Shown here one piece after another: positions 29,500-37,804 of a stretch of DNA of 38,458 nucleotides (within the stretch, counting starts at the first letter, position 1; each line of letters opens with the position of its first letter). The DNA is from Pseudobdellovibrionaceae bacterium. GTDB taxonomy: Bacteria; Bdellovibrionota; Bdellovibrionia; Bdellovibrionales; Bdellovibrionaceae. The stretch lies in assembly GCA_039810425.1 (NCBI GenBank), contig JBDHWW010000028.1:1-38458 (forward strand), written 5' to 3'. A model generated the notes under the pieces. That model made no database searches, was not told the origin of the DNA, and saw only the letters and a program-made list of their open reading frames with translations. Position numbers and translations under genes: made by a program.

Positions 29500-29616
29500 T
29501 TACGGTCGCTCGTTTTCGTCAGCGCGTTTCTTTTTCTTATTGTCGCGGTCGGCGGATTCAGATCCGACGATTCCGCCAAAAATAAAAGCTACGATTAACC
29601 AATACCAGGCGATCAT
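29500..29616 (-). CDS. Very small membrane protein
   Basis: MIAWYWLIVAFIFGGIVG plus a basic tail; RBS GGGGG. Confidence 0.4.
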   Translation of the reverse strand: MIAWYWLIVAFIFGGIVGSESADRDNKKKKRADENERP

Positions 29617-29657
29617 AATCCCCCCATGCTCTAATTTTAAATGGATCTCATTTGGAC

Positions 29658-29861
29658 CTACGGCCAGTAGACATCGATGAGGCCGCAAAGCAACCACAAT
29701 AGGCCCGACACCGAGAGCATAGCCAAAGCTGGCGACCCACCCCCAAGCCAGAGCCAGAAAAGCCCACCAAGAGCGGTTACGGCGATATAATCGCCCAACA
29801 CCTCAAGAACCACGGTCTTCATTTTTCGCGGTCGGCCCACCGTCGGGTATTTCTTTTTCAT
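29658..29861 (-). CDS. Small two-TM membrane protein
   Basis: Basic N-terminus followed by two hydrophobic segments. Confidence 0.4.
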   Translation of the reverse strand: MKKKYPTVGRPRKMKTVVLEVLGDYIAVTALGGLFWLWLGGGSPALAMLSVSGLLWLLCGLIDVYWP

Positions 29862-29913
29862 ACCTGTTAAATGGAAACAGGCAGATCCATTTAGCAGGTA
29901 TGGAGGCAATTTT

Positions 29914-30327
29914 ATGGAAATCGAGCATCTAACAATTTTTATGCTGAATCGGAACGCCCTCAGCGATGTCGCGCTTCGGGTTCTTCTCTATATTCAAATC
30001 GCGCACAAGTTCGGCGGTAACGCGGAAAAACGAATCGTCTACATTAGTCGTCGTCGTATTTGTAAAAGGCTTTCGATCTCAATCGGTGCTTGCCGTTCGG
30101 CGGTCAAGCAGCTTGTGGATTTTGGATATATCCAGCTGACGGATTCAAAAGGAAATCCGGTCTCTGATTCTTCCAATTGGATGGTTCTAAATCCAAAAGA
30201 AAAACTGAACCACGAAAAAATTAGGAGTGTGATCACCTTGATTAACAAGGTGATCACAACAGCAGATAGGGGATCATCGGATGATCCGGGATCTGAGGGA
30301 TTATTCGATAATATTATGGAGGAGTAG
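29914..30327 (+). CDS. Winged-HTH protein (replication/regulatory)
   Basis: LSDVALRVLLYI...ISRRRICKRLSISIGACRSAVKQLVDFGYI; RBS GGAGG. Confidence 0.7.
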   Translation: MEIEHLTIFMLNRNALSDVALRVLLYIQIAHKFGGNAEKRIVYISRRRICKRLSISIGACRSAVKQLVDFGYIQLTDSKGNPVSDSSNWMVLNPKEKLNHEKIRSVITLINKVITTADRGSSDDPGSEGLFDNIMEE

Positions 30328-30481
30328 ATACATAAGTATATCCAGAATAATTATTCTGGATCGATGAATGGCGCACGGGTCAACAAGTGACCGTGGAGCA
30401 TTGAGAGATCCATTTAGTATTCAGAGTCACGGCTGATCGGTTTCGGTCGATGATTTTTAAAAACAAAAAAGGAGCGTTTTT

Positions 30482-30703
30482 ATGAGCTTAAAAGAAAAGA
30501 TTAACTATTATCCGTTCGTTGAACTACCTGATCCGAAGATTCGGTACCTGATTAGAAACTCGGAAAAAGAACCCATCGCGGTGCTTTGGTTCGATAACGA
30601 TGGGACGCCTAAAATCCGGTACCTCAAGCCAGTGACGCCGGATCTTGAGATACCCATTTTAGATTTTATGAACGAAAAGCAGCGGCTTTTGTTCGGGCGA
30701 TAA
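30482..30703 (+). CDS. Small hypothetical protein
   Basis: 73-aa ORF with RBS AAGGAG; internal repeat PKIRYL occurs twice. Confidence 0.6.
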   Translation: MSLKEKINYYPFVELPDPKIRYLIRNSEKEPIAVLWFDNDGTPKIRYLKPVTPDLEIPILDFMNEKQRLLFGR

Positions 30704-30714
30704 CCCTGTCGACG

Positions 30715-31296
30715 TTAGCTCGCAAGATGCTCTTTTTCTTCTTTGGCGCCTACCGCGAGGAAGCACCAGTTCACAAACTCGTCGTCAACCTCACGCATGA
30801 CGACCGGGAGAAATGGCATCTCGATCCATTGCTTTTCTTTGGCTTCCGACCATTGGCCTGTCGTCCGTTGATGATGGCGCCAGACCGCCATATTTGTTAG
30901 AAAACTGCGTGCGAGTTGGTAATCGTCCTTAGCATCTTGCGGTAGGAGATGCTGGTAACGATGAGGAAATAGCTCCTTCGCTGCAGCTTTGATTTTTTCA
31001 ATGTTCGGTTTTCTCGGAAACAACTCCTTGACGTGGAAATCGTGCCTCATCGGGTTGTAACCGTTCTTTTTAATGTCTAGTGCGCGGTAGCGCGTTTCAA
31101 TTTCGTGGTCCGAGAGATGGACGTAATGAATATGCGGCTTAATCCAGCTCTTCATCGCAAAACCGATGTGCTTGATTAACCCGACAACCAAAAAGGTCAC
31201 GCCGACCGTCACCTTTATCAACATCCATGCTCCGCAGACCATCGGAACTCCAACCAACAACAAGCCAGGAATGGCAATAAGTAATGCCGCTATCAT
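30715..31296 (-). CDS. Hypothetical membrane-anchored protein
   Basis: Long hydrophobic N-terminus; RBS GGAGG. Confidence 0.6.
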   Translation of the reverse strand: MIAALLIAIPGLLLVGVPMVCGAWMLIKVTVGVTFLVVGLIKHIGFAMKSWIKPHIHYVHLSDHEIETRYRALDIKKNGYNPMRHDFHVKELFPRKPNIEKIKAAAKELFPHRYQHLLPQDAKDDYQLARSFLTNMAVWRHHQRTTGQWSEAKEKQWIEMPFLPVVMREVDDEFVNWCFLAVGAKEEKEHLAS

Positions 31297-31379
31297 AAGA
31301 CCTCCGTTTCAAGCGCAGGCGATGGAGCCGAAACTCACAAGCGCCCATAAATCAATTTTTGCTCGATTCAATCCATTAG

Positions 31380-31442
31380 TCCATTAAAAAGTAGTGCCTT
31401 ATAAAGCATCGACTTAAAATGATATAGGATATAAGGGCATGT
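31380..31442 (+). repeat. 63-bp direct repeat, copy B
   Basis: Matches 27499-27561. Confidence 0.85.
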
Positions 31443-31510
31443 AAAGCTAAAGGGCCGCTTTAAAGCTGGCATAGAAATTGGCGGGAAATTGAATCAAGTG
31501 GCCGAAATAC

Positions 31511-31542
31511 AAAAAGAGCGACCCATAAAGGTCGCTCTTTTT
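31511..31542. terminator. Bidirectional Rho-independent terminator
   Basis: AAAAAGAGCGACC-CATAAA-GGTCGCTCTTTTT. Confidence 0.8.
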
Positions 31543-31596
31543 GTTCGTATTCATTTGCGTGTGGAACCTTACGGGCGCCCGCAACGTCACCGAAAC

Positions 31597-32451
31597 TTAT
31601 GATTTGTTGCGCTTAAGAAGTGGGTCGTTTCTTTTCGCGCGCACGTTGAACTTCCCATATTTCACGAGCAAGTTTGTATATTTCTTTGTTCCATTTTTAG
31701 TTGCCGCAGGGTTTGGCATTTTATCGGGTAATTTGTGGTTGCCAGTCAGGGCCGTAAGAGCCAGATATTCATTTCCGCAATCCATTGCTTGTTCTTCAAA
31801 CCGACTTCTTGACCGAATAATTGTGCCTGAATTGTATCGCGCAAAGAACGAAAGCTGAGCAATCAAATACTGATAAATCTGTCCAACCATTGCCTCACTT
31901 TCGTTCGGATATAGTTTACGCAGGTGCTGGAGCGTATTTTGGACCTCAAATATGGGATGAGGAAAGTCGGACCAATCCATCTCAATTTTCCAATCTACGA
32001 AATGCCACGTGCAATCGTCGTGTCTGCAGTTTTTTACTTCGCATCGTCCATCCTCTTTTTCATTTAAGAAAATTGTGTCGTCCTCTGAATTATAAAATAG
32101 CTGGATTCTTTTAATGCCTTCGTAATGCATATAAAGTTCTTTAATGAACCGTATTGGCGGACGACTTTTTGTTGCGACGTAGTAGCGGAGAAATAGACCA
32201 TCCTCTTCCATGCATCCCGCCGTATCATCGCTTTCATCAAACGGAAAAGATTCGGAACCATCCCAGAAAATATCCTTGAATAGCTCTAACTCTTTTTCGT
32301 CTTTAATGACTTGCGATGGAATTGGAAAAACGACGCTAAAATCCAGAAGCTAATTTTTTCCAATTTCAGTATTGGTCAGATTTTTAAAATTATTCTTGTG
32401 TGTTTCGTTGGAAAAATCGATTTCGATTCGGCTGTAATAAATAGTAGACAT
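31597..32451 (-). pseudogene. DUF1281/YubB-like gene with an in-frame TAG at codon 34
   Basis: ATG at 32451 with RBS AAGGA is in frame with ORF 31597-32211; single TAG at 32350-32352; motifs LDFSVVFPIP and ATKSRPP. Confidence 0.6.
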
Positions 32452-32520
32452 ATATATTCCTTTTGTTTTTTAGTTAAAAAATTGACGGGTCTTGCGCATT
32501 CGCAAGACCCGTCTGGATGG

Positions 32521-33831
32521 TTACTTAAAGACCGCAAGCCTTTGCAGAATTGCGCGCATTCTTTCGGTCAGCTTGGCGTGCCGTTCGTGGTCTTTAGCGG
32601 ATGGCTTTTTGCTCTTGATGATTTTCTTACTCAAGGCAATCAGTTCCGCTTTCACGCTCTCAAGTTCCATTTGTAGAGAAATAAAAACGGCGTCACCTGA
32701 TTTGTAGTCACGGGCTAATTTCTTGGTGCGGTTAATTCGTTCGTCCGCCATTCCAAAGTAGTGCTTATCAGCGTCCATTCCGATAAAACTACGTCCGTCC
32801 AACGCGCACGCTACGCCGGTGGAGCCGGAACCCATGAACGGGTCAATCACCACTTGGGCCGGGCCGCTCACCATTCTCACTAAATGTTGCATTAGGCGAA
32901 TTGGCTTGACGGTCAGGTGGAAGTTCTTGCCCTTGAGTTCCGTGCTCTTTACCTTTTCTGATTTTTTACGCGAAAAAGAGTCCTTTTTCTTTTTCGTAGG
33001 TTTGTATTTATCCAAACCAAAATCACGGTCAGAATCTCTTGGCTTTTCGTATTGGAGAAACGGACTCAACATTTCATCCAAAGACATAAACGGTGCGGAC
33101 AAGTAGTTCGCACTATTTTTTCCTACGGCGTGTAGCACCGCCGCCGAACCGTCCGTGATGATGTTCGTTGGGTAGCCGTCTTTGCCGTCAGCGCGCTGAA
33201 CTCTAATGGCACCAATGTTCAATGCGCCGGTTCCGTATTTCGCAACATTGGCACCAATGGTTTTTTCGGTCATTGGTTTTTGCGCAAGGATAATGTGTTC
33301 CGTTGCCGTTCGTAAGTCCGGTGCGTGGTCCATATATTGAGCCGAAAGCTTTTTAGAAAACTTTTGGCTCTTGGACGTTTTCATGTGCTTACCCACGTAG
33401 CCGCCTTTTTGCACGCCGCTTGAGTAAGTCCAAAAAAGAGTGTCCTTGATATGGAGTCCGGCTACTTGCATTCCAAGCACCATCAAGTGCGCATTTTTAT
33501 TCGGCGCAAACGAAACAACATGCGCGCCGGGTTTTAGAACTCTCATGAGTTCCTTAAAAAATTGCGGACCCGTGATGGTGTTGTCCCATTTTGCTTTATT
33601 GTAGCCACGCTTTCCAACTTGCACGTACTCTTGACCGTTCAAGTAGCATTGCATGAGTTTATCAATCTCTACCTTTTTATCGGTCAGTAGATACGGACCA
33701 TCAAAGACGGCGGCGTCCACTGATTCGTCAGGCAATCCTGATAAGAGCTTTTGCCATTTTCCGTTCAAGAGCTTGATGGTTGTTTTTTTCGGGAACGAAT
33801 AGGTCTTGGATTTCGGTTTAGGGGATTTCAT
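32521..33831 (-). CDS. Beta-class amino (N6-A/N4-C) DNA methyltransferase with a C-terminal coiled extension
   Basis: DESVDAAVFDGPY (motif IV variant), RVLKPG, HLTVKP and DPFMGSGSTG (motif I). Confidence 0.88.
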   Translation of the reverse strand: MKSPKPKSKTYSFPKKTTIKLLNGKWQKLLSGLPDESVDAAVFDGPYLLTDKKVEIDKLMQCYLNGQEYVQVGKRGYNKAKWDNTITGPQFFKELMRVLKPGAHVVSFAPNKNAHLMVLGMQVAGLHIKDTLFWTYSSGVQKGGYVGKHMKTSKSQKFSKKLSAQYMDHAPDLRTATEHIILAQKPMTEKTIGANVAKYGTGALNIGAIRVQRADGKDGYPTNIITDGSAAVLHAVGKNSANYLSAPFMSLDEMLSPFLQYEKPRDSDRDFGLDKYKPTKKKKDSFSRKKSEKVKSTELKGKNFHLTVKPIRLMQHLVRMVSGPAQVVIDPFMGSGSTGVACALDGRSFIGMDADKHYFGMADERINRTKKLARDYKSGDAVFISLQMELESVKAELIALSKKIIKSKKPSAKDHERHAKLTERMRAILQRLAVFK

Positions 33832-34643
33832 TGCGCACCCCCTTTGCGAACTTTCACGGTAACGGCATTTTTGTTCGCTACTTGCGTAAGATTTTTCTCA
33901 ATCCAAACGACCATTTCTTTTAGGAGCGCGCGTGAACCCTTATCCATTCCGCCTTTTTTGTTTGCGGCCTTGAATGAATGGAACGCCACTTTTAGTTCGG
34001 CGGTGGCGGTAGTTTTTCGTTCAGCCGCCGTGGCGAAAGTGCGCTTGCTTTTTTCGCTTTTCGGGTAGGCCAAGACGAAGTTTTTCTTCGTGTGCTTGGG
34101 GGCACGCTTTTTCGGATTATTTTTACGCGTGAGTGCCTTGATTTCGCGGTAGCTCAATTTCTTGAGCTTTGCTTTCGGGTGTGCGGCAAGGAATTGCTCA
34201 AGCGCGTTTTCGTTTAAACGCGCAATTTCAACGGACGCCGAAATTGGTAAGCCCAACGCAATGACCGCTTTGTTTTTGGCCACGGTAATGTATTCAGCCG
34301 CGCGCGGTGGCATGATGCCGAATTGTTTTTGGACCAATTCGTTAAATGCCTTGCGTGCTTTTTCGTCCACGTCGCGCTTATATTTTTTGTGCGCACTGAT
34401 TTCGATAACGCCCAAAAGCTTATGAAGCCCTTTGGCTAAACGTGCGTCTTGCTTTGCTTGAGAATTGAGAATGCTCTCAATCAAGTCCAAGCGGCGCTGA
34501 TAATTCTTAATCAGCGGTGCCGCTAAAAGTTCGTGGTCGAACTTTGTGGCCTTTACGGGCGCCCGTAAGAATGGGTTGTTGTTTTTAGTTTGAGCCGACT
34601 TTTTTGACCCCTGGCTCTTAGGATCTTGGTTATGCTTACGCAT
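33828..34643 (-). CDS. Basic DNA-binding protein, DUF3102-like HTH
   Basis: FNELVQKQFGIMPPRAAEYITVA...LSYREIK pattern; coupled to the MTase. Confidence 0.55.
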   Translation of the reverse strand: MRKHNQDPKSQGSKKSAQTKNNNPFLRAPVKATKFDHELLAAPLIKNYQRRLDLIESILNSQAKQDARLAKGLHKLLGVIEISAHKKYKRDVDEKARKAFNELVQKQFGIMPPRAAEYITVAKNKAVIALGLPISASVEIARLNENALEQFLAAHPKAKLKKLSYREIKALTRKNNPKKRAPKHTKKNFVLAYPKSEKSKRTFATAAERKTTATAELKVAFHSFKAANKKGGMDKGSRALLKEMVVWIEKNLTQVANKNAVTVKVRKGGAQ

Positions 34644-34704
34644 AGGTTCCTACTTTCTGGCCAGCGGTTGGTTAAACTCCGTGGCCAGAAGCAGAAAACG
34701 ACTG

Positions 34705-34738
34705 TTGATGTTGCGCTTAGTGCTGCAGCGATGCTGCA
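34705..34738 (-). repeat. 34-bp imperfect inverted repeat, left copy
   Basis: Reverse complement TGCAGCATCGCTGCAGCACTAAGCGCAACATCAA matches 37037-37070 at 29/34. Confidence 0.75.
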
Positions 34739-34833
34739 CGCGTAGGAAAGAGGGTAAAGCTCGCCCTCAAGCACGCGAAATTTAAATCATTTCGGTGCTT
34801 CTCAATTTGAGACTGGATGGAATTTGATGGGGA

Positions 34834-36972
34834 TTATCGTGCGCGTTTCGTAGGAGATTTTGAGCCTGATTTATCGGCCCTCGGAGAAACGCGGAGAGTT
34901 CTTTTGTTTTTTCCAACAGCGTCTTTTTCGGATTTCGCCACTGGTTTAGATTTTTCGTTTTTTGATCCGCTCTTTTTCTTCAGCGATTTTTGATCGTACT
35001 CAAGATTTAGCGCGTAGTAGATTTTGTCCTCGCGGTCAGCACCTTCATCTTTGAATCCATAAACGAATCCTTCGCTCCACGCAGGATGGCGACTAAACAC
35101 AGAACTTTCAATTCGCCACGTTTCGCCTTTTTTCTTGGAGTAAAGTTTGGCAAGCGCATCTTCTCGTTCTTTACCTTCGGGGTAGATGGCGCGAATGATG
35201 GTTTCTTTATCAACACCGCCATTGCCAGTATTGCTTTGGCTGGCTTCATAGAGAAGGCGAATAGTGGCTCGTTGTGGTCCTTTTTTGAATTCGAGAATTT
35301 TTCGATTTTCGTTTTTGGGATGATAAGCGGCACAGCCTTCCTCCATCAGATACTGACCGAAGATGCGCTTTCGCGTGTGGTCACGACTGCGAACCTGATG
35401 GGGATCGACGAAATATCCCTTTCGCCCCGAAAGTCTTTCGATGGCGCGCATATCTTCCAGTGCGTCGGCTAATTGTTTACGCCGTGCTTCGGAGGCTTGG
35501 TGTGCCGTCAGGATTCGCTCCCTCGCTGCGGATTCAATTTCTCGTCCGCGTTCGCGCGCGATGGCATAATTGAGAATTGTTTGATCAAGGTCAACGCCGG
35601 TTCCGCCCATGAAATACAAAGCTTGATAGTAGGTGCAAGAAGGTATTTTAAAAAGCTGAAGGTCATCATCGAAAATCTCACCGAAGAGAGGGTCAAGACT
35701 TTCTCGGACCTCGTTCATTGTGTGGCCACCAATATCTTGCGCAAATAAACTGAGGTTTCTAAAAATATCCAGACAAGGACTTGAATATGTCCATGAAAAC
35801 TTCTTGGATTTTTCTAAAGGCGGTCCAAAATAGTCGAGGCTTTTTCCTGCAAGGACATTGAGTTGATCAGGACTAAATTGCTCGACGAGCAGTATCCATA
35901 AATCATCCAGGAAGTTTTGTTCTAAGGTCGCATTTCGGCTTGATGCTCGTTTGCTAATTGCAGTCGTAAAAAGCGCATAACCTTTTTTGATAAAGCTAAA
36001 AATACTCTCGCGCAGTTCAGTTTCTTTTCGCTGAAACGGGGCACTCATTTTTAGTTCGTGGATTTTTTCTTCAAGTTCCGCGTCGTTGGATAAAATCCGA
36101 AGATCCGAAACAAAACCGCCATCACGTTCTCGGGCGGCATACCAAAGTTTTCGACCAAGGCTCGTGTTCTTTATCTCTTTTAGACGATCAATCACAGGGC
36201 GAACCTCCAGCCCGTCGGCACCAACCTCAATGGGTGGTGCCGTAATTGTTCCTGTCGTTTTCGACGGCGCAGAAAAAATTGAATCAATGGCCGCGTCCAT
36301 CGCTTGAGCAGGGATGCGAGTCCCTTTGGGCACCGATTTTAATTCACCTAAAATCAGTTGAACGGAGGAAAGTGCCGGACGCTTGATAACATCCGGCGCG
36401 ACAGCCATTTCCTTGTCGAGCGGAACGGGTTTGGGCTCGGGACCACCGAAGGTGTGACAAAGCCATTCGCTCTCGGGAAATGGTTTAGTCATGTGCCCGT
36501 TGCGGAGAAAATCTTCTCGCTCAGAATCAAGGTAGCTACCGAACTTTGAGAGGATGCTTTCATTTCCAGACGCGTATTCTAATTCACTTAAGCGTTGCAG
36601 CGGCAGAGGAGAACGGAGAATAGACCTGAAATCATCCTCTCTCCATTGCAGCACGTTCAGCCGTTCGGTTTGGATGGCTCCATCTTTATCGGAAAAAATC
36701 TCAATCACATCATCGGGATAAGTTGATTCCAAAGCCTCAAGTAGGTTCGGACGAAACCATTGCAGCAGTTCCGCGCCGTCGCAAACGCGGTCGGATTCCG
36801 ATTCCCATATCGGTTCCAGCGGAATCGTAGCGATGAGGACTTGCTCAACCCAATCCGCATCCATTTCGTAATGTTCAGCTAATTCCTTCGCCCAGGCGTG
36901 AAGCACAATCGCTTCCGCATCCGTAGGCTTACGGTCGCCGTAAAGCCATCTCTTTTTTCCCATTCCATTCAA
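34834..36972 (-). CDS. Large hypothetical protein with a C-terminal winged-HTH-like domain
   Basis: 712-aa ORF; C-terminal QRATIRLLYEA...VFSRHPAW...YYALNL pattern and a basic tail. Confidence 0.7.
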   Translation of the reverse strand: MNGMGKKRWLYGDRKPTDAEAIVLHAWAKELAEHYEMDADWVEQVLIATIPLEPIWESESDRVCDGAELLQWFRPNLLEALESTYPDDVIEIFSDKDGAIQTERLNVLQWREDDFRSILRSPLPLQRLSELEYASGNESILSKFGSYLDSEREDFLRNGHMTKPFPESEWLCHTFGGPEPKPVPLDKEMAVAPDVIKRPALSSVQLILGELKSVPKGTRIPAQAMDAAIDSIFSAPSKTTGTITAPPIEVGADGLEVRPVIDRLKEIKNTSLGRKLWYAARERDGGFVSDLRILSNDAELEEKIHELKMSAPFQRKETELRESIFSFIKKGYALFTTAISKRASSRNATLEQNFLDDLWILLVEQFSPDQLNVLAGKSLDYFGPPLEKSKKFSWTYSSPCLDIFRNLSLFAQDIGGHTMNEVRESLDPLFGEIFDDDLQLFKIPSCTYYQALYFMGGTGVDLDQTILNYAIARERGREIESAARERILTAHQASEARRKQLADALEDMRAIERLSGRKGYFVDPHQVRSRDHTRKRIFGQYLMEEGCAAYHPKNENRKILEFKKGPQRATIRLLYEASQSNTGNGGVDKETIIRAIYPEGKEREDALAKLYSKKKGETWRIESSVFSRHPAWSEGFVYGFKDEGADREDKIYYALNLEYDQKSLKKKSGSKNEKSKPVAKSEKDAVGKNKRTLRVSPRADKSGSKSPTKRAR

Positions 36973-37036
36973 GTCTAACGGACTTTCTTAAATCGGGCAA
37001 AGACCTCTAACCACTGGGGTTTTTCGTCCAGTTCAT

Positions 37037-37070
37037 TGCAGCATCGGTGCAGCACGAGCCGCACCATCAA
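37037..37070 (+). repeat. 34-bp imperfect inverted repeat, right copy
   Basis: TGCAGCATCGGTGCAGCACGAGCCGCACCATCAA. Confidence 0.75.
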
Positions 37071-37196
37071 GCTTCATATTCTAACCCCATAACAGCCGCC
37101 GGACTCCGGCGGTCCCGCCCAAACCGTGAACCCAAAACCAAACCTCCGCTATCGGCGTTTTTCGCCGCAGCGCCCCCTTTTTGCCCAATTCAAAAA

Positions 37197-37215
37197 TGGT
37201 AGACGCACGGGACTT
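37197..37215 (+). repeat. attR core (partial tRNA 5' exon lacking the acceptor strand)
   Basis: TGGTAGACGCACGGGACTT; the upstream sequence cannot pair with CTCGAGC. Confidence 0.85.
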
Positions 37216-37452
37216 TAAGATGAACGACGAAAGAGATCGTTCTAATTTGAGCCTTACTAGGGAAACTTAGTAAGTGGATTTGGGGATACCGGTGAAACCT
37301 TTCAACTGGCAACACCGTGGGAACATCAGACCGCAAGGCAGGATGGACGCCGTAGAGACTAGATACCCAAACACCTAAGACGAAAGTTATGGTGAAGATA
37401 TAGTCCAGACCACGAACGCTGATAAAGCGGCGATGAAAATCGAAGTGGTAAG
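37216..37452 (+). ncRNA. Group I intron of the host tRNA-Leu(UAA) (237 nt, no ORF)
   Basis: IGS TTTGAG; P2 CTTACTAGG-GAAA-CTTAGTAAG; P3 TTTGGG/CCCAAA; GTAGAGACTAGA; AAGATATAGTCC; terminal G. Confidence 0.9.
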
Positions 37453-37509
37453 AAAATCCTGGGCTTCCTTTACAGGGGCGTGCCGGTTCAATTCCGGCCT
37501 CGAGCACCA
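37453..37509 (+). tRNA. 3' exon of the host tRNA-Leu(UAA)
   Basis: AAAA-TCCTG, long variable arm, GCCGG-TTCAATT-CCGGC, CTCGAGC-ACCA. Confidence 0.9.
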
Positions 37510-37554
37510 ATTCCAACAGTACTCGAACCCACACGGGTTGAGCTGTTGAGACAG

Positions 37555-37583
37555 AAAAGCTGACTTTCGAGTCAGCTTTTTTT
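37555..37583 (+). terminator. Rho-independent terminator of the host tRNA gene
   Basis: AAAAGCTGACT-TTCG-AGTCAGCTTTTTTT. Confidence 0.85.
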
Positions 37584-37804
37584 ATGCCCAAAATCTGCCG
37601 CCACTGTGGCGGCGGTTGGGGTTCCTTCGGTTCCGGTGGCTTTCAAAGGTTCTTTTACCGGCGCAGACAAGTGGCTCTTGGTCAGGATTACGCGCAAAAA
37701 AAGCCGGAAACTTTCGTCGCCAGCTTTATCAGTAAAATCTTAAAGAGCCATCAACCAAGACTGAAGTGGTATGGTAGCTCTAATTCTCCTCTAAAAAGTT
37801 GGTA

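Larger units (their letters stand above)
19369..37215. mobile_element. ~17.85 kb integrative element/genomic island in tRNA-Leu(UAA)
   Basis: Flanking 19-bp direct repeats, a tyrosine integrase at the left end, a split target gene, and HTH, methyltransferase and rep-like cargo. Confidence 0.88.

Noticed and set aside
19369..37215. Complete prophage or conjugative ICE
   Set aside because: No recognisable capsid, terminase, tail, relaxase or T4SS genes; at most a mobilisable or satellite-type element
37183..37509. A complete, functional second tRNA-Leu at the right end
   Set aside because: The sequence upstream of 37197 (GCCCAATTCAAAAA) cannot form the acceptor or D stem; the matching 5' strand is at 19334
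37190..37591. 133-aa minus-strand ORF
   Set aside because: Antisense shadow of the intron and tRNA exon
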